Assembly: GCA_046497275.1 (NCBI GenBank)
Contig: JAWOFX010000148.1
Coordinates: 1-32,000 of the forward strand
Direction: 5' to 3'
Source of the DNA: Promethearchaeia archaeon
GTDB taxonomy: Archaea > Asgardarchaeota > Lokiarchaeia > Sigyniarchaeales > SOKP01
DNA length: 32,000 nucleotides
The first letter of the stretch is position 1. Each line of letters begins with the position of its first letter. The notes beneath the pieces are model-generated. The model worked only from the letters and a program-made list of their open reading frames with translations, did not search any database and had not been told where the DNA came from. Of this stretch, positions 26,528-32,000 are shown in pieces. Both the position numbers and the translations under genes were made by a program.

Positions 26528-27265
26528 ATGTTATTTCAAAATGCTATTAAAGATTATGAAATTCTCTATGGTCTTTTAAGCCTTATATTTGTTATTATTG
26601 CTCTTATAATTGGTATTCGGATATTAACTAAATATTTCGAACTTAGAAAAAAAGAATTAATTACAGTTGGTCTGGCTTTAATTTTTCTTAGTTCAGCATG
26701 GTGGGGTTCTGCATTTTCTTTTTTGAGCTATATTATTTTTTCTTATGAATTTTCCCAGATTGAATTTATAATACTTGGAGATGCTTTTATTTTTATCGCA
26801 TTAATATGTTGGATGTATTCCTTCCTTAGATTGGTATATCCGAATTTATTGAAAAAGGTGATGCCTATATATTTGATAATTTCTGCTTTAAATGAGATTC
26901 TGCTCTTCTATTTTTTAATTGTTGATCCCGATCAAATTGCTACGATTGAGGGACATTTTAATTCAGAGCATTCGCTTTTTGGTTTGTCATTTATAATATT
27001 TTCTCTCGCTTCTGTATTGGTAACAGGTATAATTTTTGCTAGAGAATCCATGAAATCAACATCCCCGAAACTGAAACTGAAGGGACAATTTATATTAACG
27101 GGTATTCTATCCTTCACTATTGGAGGCATTTTTGACGCAGGAGGGTTCACAAATCCAATAATATTGATTTTAATTAGAATTTTATTGATATCTAGCGCAG
27201 TTGAATATTATTTGGGATTTTTAATGTCTGATCGAGTCGCAAACTTTTTGATCGGTAATAAATAG
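26528..27265 (+). CDS. Hypothetical seven-transmembrane protein
   Basis: Seven hydrophobic stretches of about 20 aa separated by short Lys-rich loops; no soluble output domain. Confidence 0.75.
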   Translation: MLFQNAIKDYEILYGLLSLIFVIIALIIGIRILTKYFELRKKELITVGLALIFLSSAWWGSAFSFLSYIIFSYEFSQIEFIILGDAFIFIALICWMYSFLRLVYPNLLKKVMPIYLIISALNEILLFYFLIVDPDQIATIEGHFNSEHSLFGLSFIIFSLASVLVTGIIFARESMKSTSPKLKLKGQFILTGILSFTIGGIFDAGGFTNPIILILIRILLISSAVEYYLGFLMSDRVANFLIGNK

Positions 27266-27325
27266 GAGAGAGAGTTCTTAAATAAAAAAAATTAAATTTT
27301 TTACATTTCTTTTCAATTTCTTATT

Positions 27326-28435
27326 ATGATTAATCCACTATATAAGAAATTAGCAGAAATCGCTGTGAAATATTCGATAAATGTTAGAGAAGACCAAAGA
27401 GTAATAATTAGGGGATCAAATGTTGCTCAAGAACTTGCGTTAGCTATTTATATTGAAGTTCTGAAAGCGGGAGCTCATCCCTTTATAAGTCTTAATATTG
27501 AAGGAGAAAAAGAAGCTCTTCTCAAATATGGTAATGATGAACAGATAACTTACATAGATAAGGTAATTTTAGACGCCTTTGAGGAGTTTGACGGATTGAT
27601 CTCTATAAGATCAACTTATAACACTCATTCCTTTGGATCCTTCGACCAAGAAAGATTAAGCAAGATGGTAGGAAGTGAAAATCAGAGAAAGATTTATACA
27701 ACGACCCAAGAAAGAGAGTTGGCTGGAGAATTTGAATGGGTTGTTATTCCTTTTCCATGTGAAGCATATGCACAAGAGGCAAATATGGATATTCTAACAT
27801 ATTCTGAATTCGTACAAAAAGCATTATTCATAGATAAAGAAGATCCAATTGGAGAATGGCAAAAAATAAATAAAAAACAAGAAAGAATCGCAGAATATTT
27901 GAATAAGAAAGAAGAAATACATGTAATTGGAGAAGACACAGATTTAACTCTTTCCGTTGATGGTAGAAAATGGATAAATTGTTCTGGGCAGAGAAATCTT
28001 CCTGATGGTGAAATCTTCACTAGTCCTCTGGAAGATGGTGTGGATGGAAAGATTAGATTTACTTATCCAGGTATTTATTCAGGTCAAGAAGTTGAAAATA
28101 TTTACTTAGAATTTAAAGGTGGTATACTAACGAAAGCAGAAGCCGCAAAAAACCAAAAATTATTAGAACATATTGTAAAAATTGACGGCGCAAATAAACT
28201 AGGAGAGTTCGCGGTAGGGACAAATTATGGAATAACTCAATTTACTAAGAACATACTTTTTGACGAAAAATTGGGAGGAACTATCCATTGTGCCTTAGGG
28301 TTTGGTCCAAAAGAGACAGGTTCTCAAAATGAAAGCAGCATCCATTGGGATATTTTAAAAGATATGACGATCGAAGGTTCAAAAATCCTCGCTGATGATG
28401 AGATAATTTATAAAGAGGGAGAATGGAAGATTTAA
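27326..28435 (+). CDS. M29 family aminopeptidase (AmpS/AmpT, thermophilic metalloprotease)
   Basis: NLPDGEIFTSP, LGEFAVG, ILFDEKLGGTIHCALG, SIHWDIL. Confidence 0.93.
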   Translation: MINPLYKKLAEIAVKYSINVREDQRVIIRGSNVAQELALAIYIEVLKAGAHPFISLNIEGEKEALLKYGNDEQITYIDKVILDAFEEFDGLISIRSTYNTHSFGSFDQERLSKMVGSENQRKIYTTTQERELAGEFEWVVIPFPCEAYAQEANMDILTYSEFVQKALFIDKEDPIGEWQKINKKQERIAEYLNKKEEIHVIGEDTDLTLSVDGRKWINCSGQRNLPDGEIFTSPLEDGVDGKIRFTYPGIYSGQEVENIYLEFKGGILTKAEAAKNQKLLEHIVKIDGANKLGEFAVGTNYGITQFTKNILFDEKLGGTIHCALGFGPKETGSQNESSIHWDILKDMTIEGSKILADDEIIYKEGEWKI

Positions 28436-28446
28436 AATCATTAATA

Positions 28447-28468
28447 TTTTTTTCTTTTCTTTTCTTTT
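28447..28468 (+). terminator. Oligo-T archaeal-type terminator after the aminopeptidase gene
   Basis: T7 followed by (CTTTT)x3, starting 11 nt after the stop codon. Confidence 0.5.
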
Positions 28469-28784
28469 ATCTAAGCAAACTTATTTATCTTTACCAAATG
28501 ATTCAGATCTAAAGGAAAAAGATTATTTAATACTAGATCTAAAATTATTTAATAACGAATAAGAATATTTGATTTTGTCTATAACTAACTTAATTTTATC
28601 CCAAAAGGTTAAAACAGAAATTATTATCCATGATATCTAGCTCATACCATAAAGTTTTTTGGAATACATATTTTTATATTCATTAACTTTTATAGTCTTA
28701 ATATAAAAAAGTTAAATTAACTAAAATCATGATTCGCAAATTTTGAAAGAAAAATGACTATTCAAAACAAATATATAAATGGAA

Positions 28785-28790
28785 GAGGTG
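28785..28790 (+). promoter_or_regulatory. Shine-Dalgarno in front of the GTPase ATT codon
   Basis: GAGGTG (complementary to the archaeal 16S 3' end) 8 nt before ATT 28799. Confidence 0.6.
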
Positions 28791-28798
28791 GTGAATAG

Positions 28799-29413
28799 AT
28801 TCCTTCACGTCGTGGTGATGGCACTCTGGTCTTCAAAGTATGCTTTTACGGACCATCCTTAGGAGGGAAGACCACTGCATTGGACTGGGTCTATCGGAAG
28901 GAGGGACTCGCTTCAGGAGATATGCAGCAAATTCAGGATCCTACTGGCCGAACACTTTTTTTTGATAGAGTTGTTGCTAAAGTATCAAATGTAGTTTTTC
29001 AAGTATATACTGTTGCGGGTCAGCGAAGACATAAATTTCAGAGACAAACTGTATTAAAAGGAACAGATTCAATTATTTTTGTCTGGGACAGCTTAATTGA
29101 TCAATGGGAAGAAAATATATGGTCCCTTAAAGAATTATTAAAATTTTACGGTAATAAATTACTTCCAAAAGGACCTGGAGAGCCTCCAGAAGTACCGATG
29201 GTTGTTTTGGCAAACAAGAGAGATTTAGAGGATATTGTGGATGTATCTAAAGTTCGACAAGTATTAGATACAGCTAAGCTAGGTGAAACATTGATTTATG
29301 AGACTATTGCGATAACTGGAGTAAATGTAAAGCGAGGTTTCGTGTATGCTGCAAGACAAGCAGTTTTAAACCATTATAAGAAATTATCCGGTCAAACGAT
29401 GGAAAAGACATAA
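28799..29413 (+). CDS. MglA-like small GTPase (204 aa; probable non-canonical ATT start)
   Basis: In-frame upstream extension IPSRRGDGTLVFKVCFYGPSLGGKTT supplies G1. G2 GRTLFFD, G3 YTVAGQ and G4 NKRD match the MglA family. Confidence 0.88.
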   Translation: MPSRRGDGTLVFKVCFYGPSLGGKTTALDWVYRKEGLASGDMQQIQDPTGRTLFFDRVVAKVSNVVFQVYTVAGQRRHKFQRQTVLKGTDSIIFVWDSLIDQWEENIWSLKELLKFYGNKLLPKGPGEPPEVPMVVLANKRDLEDIVDVSKVRQVLDTAKLGETLIYETIAITGVNVKRGFVYAARQAVLNHYKKLSGQTMEKT

Positions 29414-29523
29414 GGAATTTCAATTTTTTTACCCTTCTTAACATATTTTTACCTGATTCTTATAAGATTTATTCATAATGATAAATTCATTTTATAATTA
29501 AAATAAAAAGAAAGAGGAAGATT

Positions 29524-29841
29524 TTAATCTAAGCTTGCTCCACATTGAGAGCAGATTTTTTGATTCTTTTCAACTTTTGCACCGCAATATTGACAGATGG
29601 GGGGTTCTGATTTTTTTATATATGTATTTTCCGAATCAATAGCACTTTCGGAGGTTTTCGGTTTCGCTCTGTAAGGATTAGATTCCGAACTTACTATTTC
29701 TTCTTTACTACCCCCAAAGAAAAATTTAAAAATGAATATAATAACTATAATGAAAATAACCACAATGCCTATAAGGATAATTGTGAAAAAGATGAAAAAG
29801 GGACCAAAAATTGCACTTAAGTCGGGAAATTGAGAAATCAT
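29524..29841 (-). CDS. Single-pass membrane protein with C-terminal zinc ribbon
   Basis: Hydrophobic aa ~12-42; CQYCG...CSQCG at the C-terminus. Confidence 0.75.
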   Translation of the reverse strand: MISQFPDLSAIFGPFFIFFTIILIGIVVIFIIVIIFIFKFFFGGSKEEIVSSESNPYRAKPKTSESAIDSENTYIKKSEPPICQYCGAKVEKNQKICSQCGASLD

Positions 29842-29991
29842 TTTCTATTTCAAAAATATAGTATATTTTGAATATGTGGGTTATATAAGATCTTAATAAA
29901 AATATTAGCATGAATTTATTTAAGTTTTAGTTTGAAAATTTTAGAAGCTCGCAATAAAGAATAATTTTTCATGAAAAAGTATATAGTCGAC

Positions 29992-30519
29992 CTATATTTC
30001 AATTATTTTAAATTCAATATTATCTCTTGTAAGCGTAAGTATACCATATGAATTCACATCAGTAAATCGCTTATCAGTCGGAGTGCCAGGGTTAAGATAC
30101 AGTATTCCATCGTGTTCCTCGTTTATGGGATGGTGGATATGTCCGAAAATCACGATATCATAACCAGATAAATCATACTTTTTGTTTAATCGTTGAATAA
30201 TTCCTTTAGGACCTCCGCTACCATGGGTTAAAAATATTTTATACTCCATTAATTCTATTTCCCGGGTTTCTGGTAATAATTTGTTAATATCATTCCCATC
30301 CATATTTCCAGAAATTCCAAAAACATTTTCTTTTCCGAAGGTCTCAATAAGTTTTTTATAGACCTCTATGTTTGTGAAATCCCCCAAGTGGATAACATAC
30401 TCAACATTTCTTTTTTTAAAGTCATTTATGATTACTTCAGGTATGTGGGGACCTCTGGAGGGAATATGGGTATCAGATAAGATCCCAACTTTTATTTGAT
30501 TAGGTGAGTGTTCACTCAT
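29992..30519 (-). CDS. YfcE/MJ0936/Vps29-family metallophosphoesterase
   Basis: SDTHIP, HLGD, GNMD, THG, FGHIH, NPGT. Confidence 0.9.
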   Translation of the reverse strand: MSEHSPNQIKVGILSDTHIPSRGPHIPEVIINDFKKRNVEYVIHLGDFTNIEVYKKLIETFGKENVFGISGNMDGNDINKLLPETREIELMEYKIFLTHGSGGPKGIIQRLNKKYDLSGYDIVIFGHIHHPINEEHDGILYLNPGTPTDKRFTDVNSYGILTLTRDNIEFKIIEI

Positions 30520-30585
30520 AGATATGATAATTATTTATGAATTTTAATTATTTCAAAAAGAGGATATTTTAATAAATTCTCTAAT

Positions 30586-32000
30586 TTATAACTTCTTTTG
30601 ACATTTCCCGATCGCAGAAACGCTATCATCTTCATATAAGTTTATTACCCGAACTCCTTTTGCCTTTCTATGAGTGATTCGAATAGAATCCACAGGTAAA
30701 CGTATTACTTGCCCTTGTTCAGTTCCTACAATAATATCCTTTTCTCGTGCTATTCGAACTGCAATTACTTGGTCGTTTTCATTCAAACTAATATTTATCA
30801 CACCTTTAGCAGCCCTTCCTGTTTTCCTATATTCTTTTATGTATGTGCGCTGTCCCGAGCCCTTTTCTGTGATTGTTAACACAATATCATCATCTGTGAC
30901 AAGTAAGGAATCGACCACTTCATCTCCATCACGGAGATCTGCTCCTTTCACACCAATCGCATTTCTCCCTAAGTCACGTAATTCTGATTCGTCGAAACGT
31001 ATCGCATACCCTTTTTTAGTCGCGATAAATATATCTTGCATTTCGTTTGAGAGTTTCTTTACGCTAACCAATTTATCATCCTTACGTATACGTTGCGCTC
31101 GAATTCCAGTGCTCTGAACTTTTGAAAATAATTTCAATCGGATTTTTTTAACAATCCCATTTTTGGTAACCATTATCAATCGCTCATTGGTATTAAAGTT
31201 ATTTATAGGGATCATTTCAGAAATCTCTTCATCATCTCTTAATTTAAGAATATTAACAATTGGTTTTCCCTTAGCTGTCCGGGTTTGTGAAGGGATTTCA
31301 AAGCATCTAATTGAATAAATACGTCCTTTTGAGGTAAAAAATAGAATAGTATCATGTGTGGAACATACGAATAAGTCATTGATGAAATCCTCCTCATCTA
31401 CATCCATCCCTTTCTTTCCTCTCCCACCTCTATGCTGTGTTCTGTATTCTTTTATAGAAATCCGCTTGATGTAATGATTTTTTGTTAAAATAACAATTGT
31501 AGGTTCCTTTTTAATTAAGTCCTTCTTTGTAATGTTCTTTATTGCTTTTTGTTCAATAATTTGTGTTCTACGTTCATCTCCATAATTTTTACTCACTTCT
31601 GCAAGTTCTTGCTTAATTATTGCAAGTCTTCTTTTCTCACTTCCCAATATATCTTCATATTCTTTTATGTTTGCATGTAATTCTTTCTCTTCATCAAATA
31701 ATTTTTGCTGCTCTAAATTTGTCAATCGAGAGAGTGGCATACTCAATATAGCTTTAACTTGAATCTCTGAGAGTTTATATTTATCCATTAATTTCTGTTC
31801 AGCATCGTTTCTGTCAGAAGCTGTTTTTATGATATTAACTACATTATCAATATCATTTAGTGCAATTATGAGGCCCTCAACTTTATGAAGCCGTTTTTTC
31901 GCTTTTTTTAATTCATATTGGTTTCTTCGATAGATGATATCTAATCTATGATCTATATACTCTTGAATCATTTCTTTGAGGGTAAGAATCTTTGGTTGTT
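30586..32000 (-). CDS. gyrA: DNA gyrase subunit A, C-terminal part (gene runs off the window)
   Basis: Frame open to the right edge (QPKILTLKEMIQEY); LSEIQVKAILSMPLSRLT; GyrA-box QHRGGRG; six beta-pinwheel blades. Confidence 0.95.
   Translation of the reverse strand, partial: QPKILTLKEMIQEYIDHRLDIIYRRNQYELKKAKKRLHKVEGLIIALNDIDNVVNIIKTASDRNDAEQKLMDKYKLSEIQVKAILSMPLSRLTNLEQQKLFDEEKELHANIKEYEDILGSEKRRLAIIKQELAEVSKNYGDERRTQIIEQKAIKNITKKDLIKKEPTIVILTKNHYIKRISIKEYRTQHRGGRGKKGMDVDEEDFINDLFVCSTHDTILFFTSKGRIYSIRCFEIPSQTRTAKGKPIVNILKLRDDEEISEMIPINNFNTNERLIMVTKNGIVKKIRLKLFSKVQSTGIRAQRIRKDDKLVSVKKLSNEMQDIFIATKKGYAIRFDESELRDLGRNAIGVKGADLRDGDEVVDSLLVTDDDIVLTITEKGSGQRTYIKEYRKTGRAAKGVINISLNENDQVIAVRIAREKDIIVGTEQGQVIRLPVDSIRITHRKAKGVRVINLYEDDSVSAIGKCQKKL

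Noticed and set aside
28880-28882. TTG start given by the ORF track for the GTPase
   Set aside because: It would delete the G1 P-loop, which is encoded in frame immediately upstream.
1357-31117. Many short antisense or off-frame ORFs in the track (e.g. 1357..1596, 1947..2279, 3180..3389, 7758..8027, 9740..9952, 12016..12303, 12934..13197, 14331..14738, 15147..15434, 25859..26161, 27694..28020, 30674..31117)
   Set aside because: All lie within or largely overlap well-supported genes, have no recognisable motifs and show the composition expected of shadow ORFs.
1-32000. CRISPR arrays, rRNA, SRP or RNase P RNA, IS elements
   Set aside because: No regularly spaced repeats, and no GC-rich structured intergenic segment other than the two tRNAs; no transposase motifs or terminal inverted repeats seen.

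Overview
AT-rich archaeal chromosomal segment, very probably from an Asgard archaeon of the Lokiarchaeia type. This is inferred from the co-occurrence of a gelsolin-domain protein, a roadblock protein, an actin-related protein, an MglA-like small GTPase, BHB-type tRNA introns and a bacterial-type gyrase. The window holds about 26 CDS and two intron-containing tRNAs (Thr-GGT; elongator Met-CAT with two introns). I found no CRISPR array, rRNA or recognisable mobile element. Housekeeping and metabolic genes are nnr, an adh-aor operon, an M29 aminopeptidase, a HAD hydrolase, MBL and calcineurin-like hydrolases, gyrA and an orphan N6-adenine methyltransferase. The most interesting part is the co-directional + strand block 11.2-20.7 kb: gelsolin-X, roadblock, a triple double-psi-barrel/Cdc48-N plus vWA fusion with a Pro-rich linker, then a coiled-coil protein, a catalytically degenerate actin-related protein, an alpha-solenoid/CHAT protein lacking the His-Cys dyad (2 nt from the actin gene) and a PLD-fold protein lacking HKD. 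This looks like a candidate all-pseudoenzyme scaffold module. Other oddities: the GTPase P-loop lies upstream of the called start and the frame begins at ATT right after an in-frame TAG; both tRNAs have T at the normally invariant A58; and the tandem YhhN pair looks like one active and one inactive copy. All family assignments come from visual motif recognition, not database searches.
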